A DNA stretch of 64,000 bases from Gammaproteobacteria bacterium UBA3067 (GTDB lineage: Bacteria; Pseudomonadota; Gammaproteobacteria; Pseudomonadales; UBA3067), in contig DFBZ01000038.1 in assembly GCA_002366835.1 (NCBI GenBank), positions 107,333 to 171,332 of the forward strand. The letters run 5' to 3'. A program made the translations under genes and the position numbers. Under the pieces are notes generated by a model. That model ran no database searches, was not told where the DNA came from, and saw only the letters and a program-made list of their open reading frames with translations. This document shows, piece by piece, positions 17,994 to 28,365 of the stretch. Positions within the stretch are counted from its first letter, which is position 1. Each line of letters opens with the position of its first letter.

Positions 17994-19004
17994 ATGAGAA
18001 GCAGGTCAATATTGAAAACATTTATTCAAATTGCCAGCTTCTCTGGCTTTTTGATGGTACTTACTGCCTGCGTGCCAGAAGATGCTCAATATTTGGATGA
18101 TAACCCCGAATTATCCCCATATGATATTGCTGCCAGCCTGGAGAGCGCTGCCACCTCGCTCGCCAGTGAATCACTGGAAGGTGTCTGGGTTTCAATCACT
18201 GAATCTAATGAGAACTATTCTTGGGAAGGTGGGGCTGAATACGAAATTGAAACAGGCAGTTATACACACCTCGAGCTGTATGCAATTAAAAGCAATGAAG
18301 ACAACACGAGTATTCAAATCAGTAGGTGCTCCTCAGCTCCAGATGCCAGCATGCGCCCTGTATTTCAATATGAACTAAACGAGGACAGGAGTAGTTTTTT
18401 AGTCGAAAAAGGAGGCATGCTTAAGGATTTAGAGTTCTCCGCTCTTGCTGTTATCGAATCCAATAGTAAAATCACATTCTCACACTACTCCACATATTAT
18501 AAAGAAATTTATCCTGAGTCATACATACAAGAATCAGGAACACACTCCGCCACAATGGTGAAAATTTCTGATCACTTTGACCCAGACATTGGTTATATAG
18601 AGGTAAATGGAAAACAGTCTGAAGTTAACTGTTTTCACTATACAGAAGGCTTTATTGAAACCGAAATCAGCTATGCATCAGGGATCAGGTCGGGCGCTAG
18701 GAGTATTGAACAATATCAATTTCAATCTCAGCATGGACAAACGTACCTTTCACGAGCCCGTGCGCCTTCGGATGTCACATTTGATAATGGTGATTTTTAC
18801 GTAGTTTCAGACTGGCCAGAATTGTTCTCTATTTCCCATGATAGTGAAGAATACACCTCTGAACTCACTATTAAGAATAATAATTCGTTAGAGTTTTATG
18901 GGGATTTTTCTGCCATTTTAAAACCGGAGCACAAAACATTTAACACTGATTCAAGCGTATCGTTTCTGGTCATGCTGAAACCAAACGGTATTGACGCAAG
19001 ATAA
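17994..19004 (+). CDS. Hypothetical lipoprotein
   Basis: It has a signal peptide ending in the lipobox L-T-A-C (FLMVLTAC). I recognise no family. Confidence 0.6.
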   Translation: MRSRSILKTFIQIASFSGFLMVLTACVPEDAQYLDDNPELSPYDIAASLESAATSLASESLEGVWVSITESNENYSWEGGAEYEIETGSYTHLELYAIKSNEDNTSIQISRCSSAPDASMRPVFQYELNEDRSSFLVEKGGMLKDLEFSALAVIESNSKITFSHYSTYYKEIYPESYIQESGTHSATMVKISDHFDPDIGYIEVNGKQSEVNCFHYTEGFIETEISYASGIRSGARSIEQYQFQSQHGQTYLSRARAPSDVTFDNGDFYVVSDWPELFSISHDSEEYTSELTIKNNNSLEFYGDFSAILKPEHKTFNTDSSVSFLVMLKPNGIDAR

Positions 19005-19211
19005 CTCACTGAACAGTAGTACGGGGAAAGTCTTGCAATCAGCCCTCAGAGTCTTTAACTGATCGACTGACTGTTGGGTAAAGTACTGCTGGCTTGAGAA
19101 GCTCGGCGAAAGTTTTACCATAATTTAGCATCTTGGCGTTTTTCGCTTGATGGCATCCACGAAGTGTTGTTGTTTTAACACCGCACAGCTAAGACCAAAC
19201 CTGCAATAAGT

Positions 19212-19661
19212 TTAGCCAGCCTCTAAGTCTTCATAGCTGTCCTGCTCTTCAATTAAATTTATCGCTACACCTACAAAATCAGAGTCAGTAATAATTCCCA
19301 CCAGGGCGCCATTATCAATAACTGGCAAACAGCCGTATTTGTGTTTTTGCAGGGTTAAACCCGCTGCACGAAGGCTGTCTTTGGGGTGAGTCGTGAGTAT
19401 TTCCTCTGTCATAATGTCGGATATCGGAAAGCCCAAAGTTGACTTGCTTGTTTGGCCAGAGCGCGCGCCAGCTTTTAATACATCTCGTTGACTAATAATG
19501 CCAATCACCTGATTTTGCGGGTCAACAACTGGAATATGACGAATGTTATTTTTCGTCATGGTTTCTGCAGCTTTTGAAACGCTATCGCTTGGTTCAAGCG
19601 TAATAAGCTCGGTGCTCATGATTTCATTAACGGTTATCATGCCTATCTCCGGTGGATTCAA
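19212..19661 (-). CDS. CBS domain-pair protein
   Basis: A 149-aa protein with two CBS-like repeats (IRHIPVVD...GIISQRDV and YGCLPVIDNGALVGIITDSDF). Confidence 0.85.
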   Translation of the reverse strand: MNPPEIGMITVNEIMSTELITLEPSDSVSKAAETMTKNNIRHIPVVDPQNQVIGIISQRDVLKAGARSGQTSKSTLGFPISDIMTEEILTTHPKDSLRAAGLTLQKHKYGCLPVIDNGALVGIITDSDFVGVAINLIEEQDSYEDLEAG

Positions 19662-19842
19662 ACTTGTAGCTTGAACTAATTTAAGCCTATTGAGTGCGCT
19701 TAAACCAGCACCCTTTCTATCAATGTTTTCGTTGTTTGACCCAGATTAAATAATACTGAACTTGCAGGTTTATCGCTTGCTAATTGCTTGAGAATGGAAT
19801 TATAAATAGTAAAGAAGCGGTTTTTCGGGGTTGAAATTATTG

Positions 19843-20661
19843 CTACTTACTTGGCTTTATAAATTTAAGCGTCATTCGGTCGCTTTCACCAATTGCAAGG
19901 TATTTGTCTCTATTTTCCTCTTTTAGGCGTAAAGTCGGGGGTAGGGTCCAAACCCCTTTTGGGTGGTCGGCACTATCTTTCGGGTTGGCGTTCACTTCTG
20001 ACCGAGCCAATAGCTTGAATCCAGCAGATTCTGCAAGTTGAATGACGTACTCTTCGGTGACATAACCGGATGCTTTCATCGCCTCAATACTTGTTCCGGG
20101 TTTGGCGCGATGTTCCACAACACCAAGAATTCCCCCTGGCTTAAGGGCCTTGTAAAAGGATAGAAAAGCAAGTTTATCGCCTCCAGCTGACATCCAATTA
20201 TGAACATTGCGGAACGTCAGTACCATATCTGCGCTGTTCTCGGGGGAAACTACGGAAATGGCTTTGGATGATAACTCAGTAAGTTTCACATTTTGATACA
20301 GAACAGGTTGGGCGGCCAATTTCTGTTTAAACTTTTCGCGGTAAATGCTGAAGAATTTAACCTTACTTTCTTTTGGAAAGTGGGCAGCATAAAGCCTACC
20401 TTCTTCCTTGAGGTATGGTGCCAGTATTTCTGTATACCAACCGTTTCCTGGCCAGATTTCGACGACTGTCATTGATGGTTTGATGCCAAAAAAAGTCAGT
20501 GTTTCCAGTGGATGCCGTGCGACATTTCTGTGTATATTTTCCGGGCTACGTTTATCCGAGGTGGTTACAGCAGCCAAGTCAGTGTTATCGGCCGTGACGG
20601 CGCTTGAAATAAAGGAGAAAAGGGAAAAAATTAGCACAAAAGAGCTCTTTTTAGTCTTCAT
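19843..20661 (-). CDS. Class I SAM-dependent methyltransferase-fold protein with an N-terminal signal peptide
   Basis: It has the cleavable-looking signal MKTKKSSFVLIFSLFSFISSAVTA followed by a methyltransferase-like VVEIWPGNGWYT (motif I-like) and a LKPGGILGVVEH segment. Confidence 0.7.
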   Translation of the reverse strand: MKTKKSSFVLIFSLFSFISSAVTADNTDLAAVTTSDKRSPENIHRNVARHPLETLTFFGIKPSMTVVEIWPGNGWYTEILAPYLKEEGRLYAAHFPKESKVKFFSIYREKFKQKLAAQPVLYQNVKLTELSSKAISVVSPENSADMVLTFRNVHNWMSAGGDKLAFLSFYKALKPGGILGVVEHRAKPGTSIEAMKASGYVTEEYVIQLAESAGFKLLARSEVNANPKDSADHPKGVWTLPPTLRLKEENRDKYLAIGESDRMTLKFIKPSK

Positions 20662-20843
20662 TGGAAAATCCTCATAAAATATTTGAACTGGCTGGTCTAA
20701 TGCCGCCTTTTTGTCTGCATTAGACCTTTGAATTAGGCCATATATATGGTATCTAGAGCGTTCTCGTGTATTAAGAGAAAGTGTTAGCTAACGAGTAGCA
20801 CTTTAATAATAATTAAATCACTTTGAAAGAAAAAGGAAAGATA

Positions 20844-22310
20844 ATGAGCACTCCATTACCCGTTTCAATCCGTCCTCCTCGTTCAGAAGAGAAAATTTCA
20901 GAAAACGCTAATCCTTTGTTGCCCATTTTAGAAAAGCAACGTGATGCATTTATTCAGCGCGGCATCCCCTCGGTAGAGGATCGTGTGCGTGCCTTAGAGA
21001 CGCTAGGTAAGGCCGTGGGCGAATACTCAGAAAAGCTGGTTGCGGCCGTACAGGCTGATTTTGGGCACCGCTCACCCCACGAAACATATGCCACGGAAGT
21101 TTTGGGAGTGTTGGCTGAAATTAAAATGACTAAGGGGAAAATAAAAAAGTGGGCAAAACCAAAAAAACCACCTTTTGGCGGTATACCTGGTGGTCGTATT
21201 GTTTACCAACCCAAAGGGGTTATTGGCATAATGGGGGCGTGGAACTACCCAGTTATGCTTTCACTTTCGCCTTTGATCGGTGTTTTGGCGGCGGGAAATC
21301 ATGCGATGATGAAACCTTCCGACATGACACCTCGTACAGCGGAAGTCTTAGATGAGTTAATCAGTCGAAATTTCTCGGATGATTACGTTAAGGTTATCAC
21401 TGGAGATGTGCAGGTTGCCGTAGATTTTTCTGCCTTGCCTTATGATCACTTAATGTATACCGGAAACACTGAAATTGGTCGTCGTGTTATGGTGGCTGCA
21501 GCGAAAAACCTCACACCCGTAACGCTTGAGCTGGGCGGCAAGTCTCCTACCATTATTGCTGATAACTTTCCCGTTAAAGAGGCTGTTGCACGTATTATAA
21601 TGGGTAAGTCAATGAATTCTGGTCAGACCTGTATCGCGCCGGATTATGTGCTTATTAATAAAAACCGCACCAATGAGTTAGTAGAGTGTTTTAAGGCTGC
21701 GGCAACGAAACGTTTCCCAACGGTTGCTAACAACCAGGATATTACCTGGATTGTGAATGATCGTCATTATCAGCGCGTTAACTCAATGATTGAAGATGCC
21801 CGAGAAAAGGGTGCAAATGTTATTCAGGTTAATCCACAAAATGAAACGATTCCTGAAGGCTCTCGCGTTATTCCTCTTACCATAATCACCGATACCACTG
21901 ACGATATGCTTGTTATGCAGGAAGAAATATTTGGGCCAGTACTGCCAGTAAAAGGGGTCGATAGCATTGACGAGGCTTTTAACTTTGTAAAATCTCGCCC
22001 TCGTCCTCTTGCGCTCTATTATTTTGATTCCGATAGAAAGCAGGGTGAAAAAGTGATGGATGAAACCATCGCCGGCGGGGCCTGTGTTAATGATTCAGTG
22101 GTGCATCTTGCGAATATGAATATGCCTTTTGGCGGCACGGGTGATAGTGGTGTTGGTGCTTATCACGGTTTTGATGGCTTCTGTGAATTCTCTCATAAAA
22201 AAGGTGTGCAGATGTCTAGCGCGAGGTTTTCACCCACAGCGCTACTAGGTGGCTCTTACCCTGAATTTGTACTGGGGATTATGAAGAAGGCATCTAAGTG
22301 GCTAAGCTAG
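20844..22310 (+). CDS. NAD(P)-dependent aldehyde dehydrogenase (coniferyl-aldehyde dehydrogenase-like subfamily)
   Basis: It carries the ELGGKSP motif and the catalytic Cys in GQTCIAPDY. I prefer the ATG at 20844 (AAGGA upstream) over the TTG at 20823 used in the ORF track. Confidence 0.9.
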   Translation: MSTPLPVSIRPPRSEEKISENANPLLPILEKQRDAFIQRGIPSVEDRVRALETLGKAVGEYSEKLVAAVQADFGHRSPHETYATEVLGVLAEIKMTKGKIKKWAKPKKPPFGGIPGGRIVYQPKGVIGIMGAWNYPVMLSLSPLIGVLAAGNHAMMKPSDMTPRTAEVLDELISRNFSDDYVKVITGDVQVAVDFSALPYDHLMYTGNTEIGRRVMVAAAKNLTPVTLELGGKSPTIIADNFPVKEAVARIIMGKSMNSGQTCIAPDYVLINKNRTNELVECFKAAATKRFPTVANNQDITWIVNDRHYQRVNSMIEDAREKGANVIQVNPQNETIPEGSRVIPLTIITDTTDDMLVMQEEIFGPVLPVKGVDSIDEAFNFVKSRPRPLALYYFDSDRKQGEKVMDETIAGGACVNDSVVHLANMNMPFGGTGDSGVGAYHGFDGFCEFSHKKGVQMSSARFSPTALLGGSYPEFVLGIMKKASKWLS

Positions 22311-22355
22311 TTTAATTAGCCTGCTTGGGTGCTTCACGCAAACACTTAACGCTGT

Positions 22356-22392
22356 AAAAAAACCTCAATCAAAAAATGATTGAGGTTTTTTT
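22356..22392. terminator. Rho-independent terminator after the aldehyde dehydrogenase gene
   Basis: A 10-bp stem (aacctcaatc / gattgaggtt) with a 7-nt loop. It is preceded by an A-run and followed by a T-run. Confidence 0.8.
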
Positions 22393-22527
22393 ATATCTTA
22401 GACTTTCTATCTCTTGTTTGAGCCAGATTAAGTCTTCACTTTTTCTGGCGACTGGTTTGGCGGAGGGCTTTCACTGTGCCTCATTATGTCCAATTCAAAT
22501 GTTTGTCGCCTAGTTCTCGATAGGTGT

Positions 22528-23583
22528 TTAGTTCTCAAGCTTGAATGTGGTGAGGTGAGGGATATTGATCGAAATTCCGATAATATCGCCGATATTAAAA
22601 TTCATATTACTGGGGAAATGAGCGTCGAGATGATTTCCTTTGGCGAGCTTTAGAGTATAAATAATGCTTGGTCCGGCAAAGGTTTTTGAGATAACTTCTG
22701 TTTTGCAGGGGCTATCGGCATCGGGGCTGATGTCGCCGGGTCGAATTAAAACCTCCAGTTGGTCCCCTTTTTGCCAGTGGGTATTTATCGGGCTTTTCAT
22801 TTGACCGGCTTCGGTCTCAATTAACCCTTCGTTAATAACAGTACCCGAAATAAATTGGCCGTCGCCCACAAAGGTGCTAACGAAACGATTCTGTGGTTTA
22901 TGGTAAAGGTTAAAGGGGGTATCCCACTGTTGTAATTCACCGTTTTCGATCACAGCAACTTTATCGGCAACTGCGAAAGCTTCTTGCTGGTCATGGGTGA
23001 CTAGAATGGCGGTGGTGCCATTTTGTTTTAGCAGCTCTCGTACTTCTGCAGAGAGGCGTTTGCGTAAGTCTGTGTCGAGATTGGAGAAGGGTTCGTCCAT
23101 CAAGAGAATATCTGGCTCGGGAGCCAGCGCCCTTGCAATAGCGACACGCTGTTGTTGTCCGCCTGAAAGCTCATGGGGGTGGCGTTTCGCAAGCGAAGCA
23201 AGCCCCACTCGTTCAAGAAAAACCATGGCTTTTTCGTGTTTATTTTTTTTGTTGTTTTTTAAGCCGAAGCAGACATTTTCTAACACAGAAAGGTGAGGAA
23301 AAAGTGCGTAGTCCTGAAAAATCATACCAATGTGACGATCTTCCGGGCGCAGGTTTTTTTTCGGGCTGCTTATTTCTTCTCCTTTAAGAATAATGCGTCC
23401 TTGCCGAACCGGTAAAAAACCAGCGATGCCTCTTAATAGGGTGGTTTTGCCGCAGCCCGATGGGCCAAGCAGTGAGCCGATTTCTCCTTGTGATAAGGAG
23501 AGGCTGAAATTTTTGATGATTCTTTCTTCATCAAAGCGGCACTCTACATGCTCAAGGCGAAGATGTGCGTGCTCAGTTGGCAT
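22528..23583 (-). CDS. ABC transporter ATP-binding protein (PotA/FbpC-like, with a C-terminal TOBE-like domain)
   Basis: It has Walker [10 protein letters not shown], signature [15 protein letters not shown] and Walker [12 protein letters not shown]. Its start overlaps the argF stop by 11 nt. Confidence 0.9.
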   Translation of the reverse strand: MPTEHAHLRLEHVECRFDEERIIKNFSLSLSQGEIGSLLGPSGCGKTTLLRGIAGFLPVRQGRIILKGEEISSPKKNLRPEDRHIGMIFQDYALFPHLSVLENVCFGLKNNKKNKHEKAMVFLERVGLASLAKRHPHELSGGQQQRVAIARALAPEPDILLMDEPFSNLDTDLRKRLSAEVRELLKQNGTTAILVTHDQQEAFAVADKVAVIENGELQQWDTPFNLYHKPQNRFVSTFVGDGQFISGTVINEGLIETEAGQMKSPINTHWQKGDQLEVLIRPGDISPDADSPCKTEVISKTFAGPSIIYTLKLAKGNHLDAHFPSNMNFNIGDIIGISINIPHLTTFKLEN

Positions 23584-24484
23584 TGTTCAGCAAGAATTCC
23601 AATAAAGCTTTTTGTGAGTGCAGCCGATTTTCTGCCTCATCCCACACGACGGAATAATTACTGTCGAGCATTTCTTCGCTGATCTCTTCACCTCGGTGGG
23701 CGGGCAAACAATGCATAAATAAGGCATTATTTGCGGCGTGCTGCATTAATTTGTTATTAACTTGGTAAGCACCAAAAGCAGCGCGTCGTCGTGTTTGTTC
23801 ATCCTCTTGCCCCATGCTGGCCCATACATCTGTCGCTACGAGGTCGGCACCTTTAACAGCATCTTCTGGTTTTGATATAAATGCGACGTTGCTTTTGTTA
23901 TTTTGGAGTAACTCCGCGTTGGGCTCGTACCCCGCCGGGCTGGATATATTGAGCTGAAAATCCAGACAGCTGGCCGCGTTGATATAGGAGTTACACATGT
24001 TATTGCCATCACCTATCCAGGCGACGGTTTTACCCTGAATACTGCCCCGGTGCTCGGTAAAGGTTTGGATGTCCGCAAGTAACTGACAGGGGTGGAAGTC
24101 GTCAGTCAGCGCATTAATGACGGGGACATCGGAATACTGTGCAAAACGTTCCAAGGTCTGGTGTGCGAAGGTGCGAATCATAATGATATCGACCATACGT
24201 GAAAGTACCCGTGCACTGTCTTCGATTGGTTCCCCACGGCCAAGCTGTGTATCGCGAGGCGATAAAAAGATGCTGCTACCACCCAACTGCGTCATGCCTG
24301 CCTCAAAGGAAACTCGTGTACGTGTAGAAGATTTTTCGAAAATCATCCCAAGGGTTTTGTGCTTAAAGGGCGCTTGCACAGCCCCGGATTTGTGTGCCTT
24401 TTTCATCTCAATAGCGCGACTTATAAGGCTATTAAGCTCCGTGGGAGAAAGGTCTTTTAAGGTTAGAAAATGTCGTACTGGCAT
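23573..24484 (-). CDS. argF: Ornithine carbamoyltransferase
   Basis: STRTR, HPCQ and HCLP motifs are present. I chose the start at [12 protein letters not shown] (ATG at 24484) because the 30-codon extension in the ORF track has no homology-like character. Confidence 0.92.
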   Translation of the reverse strand: MPVRHFLTLKDLSPTELNSLISRAIEMKKAHKSGAVQAPFKHKTLGMIFEKSSTRTRVSFEAGMTQLGGSSIFLSPRDTQLGRGEPIEDSARVLSRMVDIIMIRTFAHQTLERFAQYSDVPVINALTDDFHPCQLLADIQTFTEHRGSIQGKTVAWIGDGNNMCNSYINAASCLDFQLNISSPAGYEPNAELLQNNKSNVAFISKPEDAVKGADLVATDVWASMGQEDEQTRRRAAFGAYQVNNKLMQHAANNALFMHCLPAHRGEEISEEMLDSNYSVVWDEAENRLHSQKALLEFLLNNAN

Positions 24485-24518
24485 ACTGCTAAATCCATGA
24501 TTCAAAAAACAACACCTA

Positions 24519-25700
24519 TTACTGCTTAAGCAGAAAGGTGCTAATAAGGGTTGAGAGTTTTTGTATGATCTCATCCGCCTCGGTATTGCTTAATACCAAG
24601 GGGGGAAGCAGGCGTACAACATTCCCAGCTGTCACGTTAATTAACAGCCCCTTGTTGAGCGCTTGCTGGACAAGCTCGCCACAGGGTAATGCAAGTTCGA
24701 TGCCTATCATTAAGCCTTTGTTGCGGATTTCTGTCACGTTTTCAAGTTCTGCGAGACGGTCATTCAGGCCATCGCTTATTCTTTTTCCAAGTTCACTTGC
24801 ACGTTGAATTAATCCGTCTTTTTCAAGCGTTGTTAGCACGGCCAGTGAGGTAGCGCAGCCAAGGGGGTTGCCACCATAGGTGGAGCCATGAGCACCGGGC
24901 TGGAATAATTCTGTCGCCTTTCCTGCCACTAAGCAGGCACCAATTGGGAAACCATTGCCTAGGCCTTTTGCGGTGGTAACCACGTCTGGCAAGATGCCGT
25001 TATGCTGGTAAGAAAAATATTTCCCAGTTCGCCCGTTGCCTGTTTGAACTTCATCGAGCATTAACAGCCAGTCGTGCTCTTCGCAAATTTCTTTTAGTGC
25101 ATTGAGGTAGTCGTTGGCGGGTATGTTGAGCCCGCCTTCTCCCTGAACCGGTTCCACCAAAATGGCAGAGATAGAAGGGTTATTTTTGGCGATGGTTTTA
25201 ATGGCATCTACATCGTTGTAGGGCGCGCGCGTTAATCCTCGAATCAAAGGCTCGAAGCCTGCTTGCACCTTACGGTTTCCAGTAGCGCTTAAGGTGGCCA
25301 GAGTGCGACCGTGAAATGAGTCCTCCATAACGATGATGCTGGGAACTTCTATGCCTTTTTTATGCCCGTGCAGGCGCGCTAACTTTATAGCTGCTTCATT
25401 CGCTTCTGCGCCAGAGTTACCAAAAAACACGCGCTCCATGCCTGATAAGTTGCGTAAACGCTCTGCAAGTTCGGTTTGCTTGTCGATATGATAGAGGTTG
25501 GAAGTGTGGATTAAACGTGAGGCTTGTTCTGTAATAGCCTGCGTTATCGCAGGATGGCAATGCCCTAAACCACATACACCAATACCGCTCATGGCATCAA
25601 GATAGCGATTGCCGTCGGTATCCGTGAGCCAGGCACCTTTGCCTTCGGTGAAATGAACGGGGAGTCTGGCGTAAGTGGGGATTAGTGCATCAGTTGTCAT
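24519..25700 (-). CDS. argD: Acetylornithine (or succinylornithine) aminotransferase, class III PLP-dependent
   Basis: A 393-aa protein with typical class III aminotransferase sequence ([30 protein letters not shown]). It is directly upstream of argF. Confidence 0.88.
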   Translation of the reverse strand: MTTDALIPTYARLPVHFTEGKGAWLTDTDGNRYLDAMSGIGVCGLGHCHPAITQAITEQASRLIHTSNLYHIDKQTELAERLRNLSGMERVFFGNSGAEANEAAIKLARLHGHKKGIEVPSIIVMEDSFHGRTLATLSATGNRKVQAGFEPLIRGLTRAPYNDVDAIKTIAKNNPSISAILVEPVQGEGGLNIPANDYLNALKEICEEHDWLLMLDEVQTGNGRTGKYFSYQHNGILPDVVTTAKGLGNGFPIGACLVAGKATELFQPGAHGSTYGGNPLGCATSLAVLTTLEKDGLIQRASELGKRISDGLNDRLAELENVTEIRNKGLMIGIELALPCGELVQQALNKGLLINVTAGNVVRLLPPLVLSNTEADEIIQKLSTLISTFLLKQ

Positions 25701-25837
25701 TATAAAAGCCTTCCATGAAGCGGCAAGATGGTTCGGTTATATGGAGTAAGTTTTCGGTTAGAAAGTTGATGGGTTTTTATTAAAACCGCATTAGTTTCAC
25801 GGATAATAATAATGAATATCAGTTTGCTATAGCGAAA

Positions 25838-25862
25838 ATAAAAAAAGGCAGCTTGGGCTGCC
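25838..25862 (-). terminator. Rho-independent terminator downstream of the nitronate monooxygenase-like gene
   Basis: On the minus strand, the stem ggcagc/gctgcc with a 4-nt loop is followed by a T-run of at least 7. Confidence 0.7.
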
Positions 25863-25909
25863 ATTACAATAATAGTCTGATGATAGCCAGAATGCGGCTA
25901 CAAGGCAAT

Positions 25910-26935
25910 TTAGGCGATTTTAGCCCGAACATCTTTCGCTTCTTGAATAACCCGATCCATGATTTCTGCAACAGAAGGAATGTCGTGGATACGACCTTGC
26001 ACCTGTCCAACTAAATGAACGCCATTTTCACAGTCGCCTTCTTTAATGGCAAGCTCAATCGCTTCCGTTGCATTGGAGGCTCTGGCCAGTTGCTTGAGCA
26101 TTTTTGGGCCCATAATGAGGGCGCCGAAAAAAAGTTTTAACCAATGCAGGCGCATTTGTTCTGCAAGCCGAAAAGAGTTTTTAAACGCACGAACTGGGTT
26201 AATGGGGCGTTTACTGATTTGTTCCGCTCGGGCTGTCTTCATAACACGACAGTCCATGCCGTCAAATTTTGGGGTGTAAAGAGTGTCTTCGATGCTTTTG
26301 CTAAGCACCGTGCGTTTGGTGTTTTCGTGGATGGGGCTTTCCTGGCTTATGGAAAATCGACTGCCCATGGCGATTCCTTCTGCGCCAAGGGCGAGCGCCG
26401 CAACGAGGCCTCTGCCATCGGCAAACCCTCCCGTGCCGATGACGGGAATATCAACTGCATCTGCAAGAGTAGGTACCAGTACAAGCGAGGTGACAGGGCC
26501 TCCATGGGCGGCAGCTTCGTGGCCTGTGGCAAGAAGGGCATCAACGCCATAACGTTGTGCTGCTAAGGCGTGTTTTTCGTTAACGACTGTCGCAATAACC
26601 TTTCCGCCGTAGGCATGGGCACGTTCTACAATCCAGTCTCCTTTCCCGAGAGAGAAATTAATAACAGGTACTTGCTCTTCAAGGCCAACTTCAGCGTTTT
26701 CTTTAGCCCCAGGCATCATGAGAGTTACGCCAATTCCAAAGGGTTTGTCAGTAAGCTCCCGAATTTCTCTAATCGCTTGGCGAGTCTCTTCAGCACTTAA
26801 GGGGCCAGTTGCAAGTATGCCCAGGCCACCCGCATTGGAAACTGCAGCAACAAGTTTTGGAACCGACACCATGCTCATTCCGGGTAGTACAATAGGGTGT
26901 TCAATGCCAAAGCATTCGGTGAAGCGCGTTTTCAT
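25910..26935 (-). CDS. Nitronate monooxygenase (NMO / 2-nitropropane dioxygenase / FabK-like) family FMN oxidoreductase
   Basis: A 341-aa TIM-barrel FMN-enzyme pattern (GIEHPIV.PGM, VIGTGGFADGRGLVAALALGAEGIAMGSRF). Confidence 0.85.
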   Translation of the reverse strand: MKTRFTECFGIEHPIVLPGMSMVSVPKLVAAVSNAGGLGILATGPLSAEETRQAIREIRELTDKPFGIGVTLMMPGAKENAEVGLEEQVPVINFSLGKGDWIVERAHAYGGKVIATVVNEKHALAAQRYGVDALLATGHEAAAHGGPVTSLVLVPTLADAVDIPVIGTGGFADGRGLVAALALGAEGIAMGSRFSISQESPIHENTKRTVLSKSIEDTLYTPKFDGMDCRVMKTARAEQISKRPINPVRAFKNSFRLAEQMRLHWLKLFFGALIMGPKMLKQLARASNATEAIELAIKEGDCENGVHLVGQVQGRIHDIPSVAEIMDRVIQEAKDVRAKIA

Positions 26936-27000
26936 GGTTTTCCCAAGTAGACCAATTTTATGTCAAAAATTAAGAATATTATTATTTGAATGGTCGTGTT

Positions 27001-27507
27001 TTAGTTTGATTGAGGTGTTACGGCATCGTTAGGTTCATTTGCTTGCTTATTCCGAGTATCGGTTGTAAAAACTTCAGCACAATCAAAATGATTTTTGTAC
27101 CAAGCTTTTGCGTAATCAAGCCAAGCAAGTTGTGCTTTAAGCTCTATATACGCTTTTTGCGGTAGAGGGCGGCCGGACTTATAAGATTTATTCGCTTTGG
27201 AGTTTAATTCGCTCTCTAAACCGGATATTTTCGCAACGATTTCTTCCTGGTTTAAACCAATAAGTGATAGAAACGGAATTTCGATGCTGTCAGGAAAATC
27301 AGAGTTTTCACTGCTGTTCCAGTTAAGGATGGCCTTCCAAGATTGCCCTTCAGCACCGCCTTTGTTCCCGCAGCTATCATCCAGGCATTCTATCCAGTAA
27401 TTGAAGCGTTTTTTTCCGGACTTTTGAGCACGGAGCGCATTTTTTATAAGACGGGCTTCGCAGCCGCATGAGCAAAAGTTTATTTCGGGATTAAGCAAAA
27501 GATCCAT
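27001..27507 (-). CDS. Hypothetical protein: N-terminal Lar-like zinc ribbon plus a C-terminal helical extension
   Basis: The pattern C-S-C-G-C...IEC-LDDS-C-G...W-KAILNWN follows the CxxC...CxxC...A(I/V)xxWN pattern of Lar-family restriction-alleviation proteins. The gene is AT-rich and isolated. Confidence 0.5.
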   Translation of the reverse strand: MDLLLNPEINFCSCGCEARLIKNALRAQKSGKKRFNYWIECLDDSCGNKGGAEGQSWKAILNWNSSENSDFPDSIEIPFLSLIGLNQEEIVAKISGLESELNSKANKSYKSGRPLPQKAYIELKAQLAWLDYAKAWYKNHFDCAEVFTTDTRNKQANEPNDAVTPQSN

Positions 27508-28365
27508 ATTCCTGTTGGTATTTCCTCTATTGATTAATTAAATACCGTTTGCAAACTGAGTGTTATAAACGGGGTGAAAAAGCGATAGCTATTGCGTGGG
27601 TGGCTGTTATACGGGGTCACGCAACTTAATGTTCAATGTTTTTCTCGCAGGGCCTTGTTTCCAGTGCAAAAAATCCTATAGGGCATCCTGCGTATAAATT
27701 ATTAGCCACTATTTATGGCGAACATATTTGCCATAAATAAATAAACCAGATTATCACCTGAAGACTGAAGCTACCCTTATCTGCAATTAAGCGTTATTTT
27801 CTAAAAACTGACTTAATGTAAACCTTGCAGTCGATCATTGGCTTCAGAGCTTGTTTTATTAGTGGTCGTGTAAGCCGAAAATAAACGAAAGCCGCCATTT
27901 AGGGGGGGGTTAAAACCCCTGTAATTTTAATTATCTCTATAACAAAGTATGACCCACGCCGAACAAACTAATAATAATGGCGGTGTTTTAAAAAACCTAT
28001 GGTCAGTATGATGATTCCTTAGCGCTCAAGCCCCTTAAAGTTAAGAGGATACATAGAATGTTTTGCTTGAGGCGCATACGCTTATGGCCAGTAGTATTAA
28101 GGGTACAGTGATTAAATGCAATATCCCATTACCAAGTAAAATAACCCACATCGAAATCCATGTTTTTTTGAATGTTAGCGGGTTGTGGTCATATTGGCAA
28201 ATAGAAATTGTTTATATCGGCCCATATAGCATGGGGGGCTGACTAACTGCGGGGTGGTTTACTAGGTTGTTTTGAAGAGCGCGTCATGAATAAGGGAGCC
28301 TTAGCGTGTTCAACTGCTAGAATTGGAGCACGTACGGAAAAATAATCATTTCAGGGAGTGGTGTT

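Noticed and set aside
25701-25909. An ARG-box-like sequence (aatgaatatcag) upstream of argD
   Set aside because: It is a single half-site-like match in AT-rich DNA without the paired 18-bp palindromic boxes expected for ArgR.
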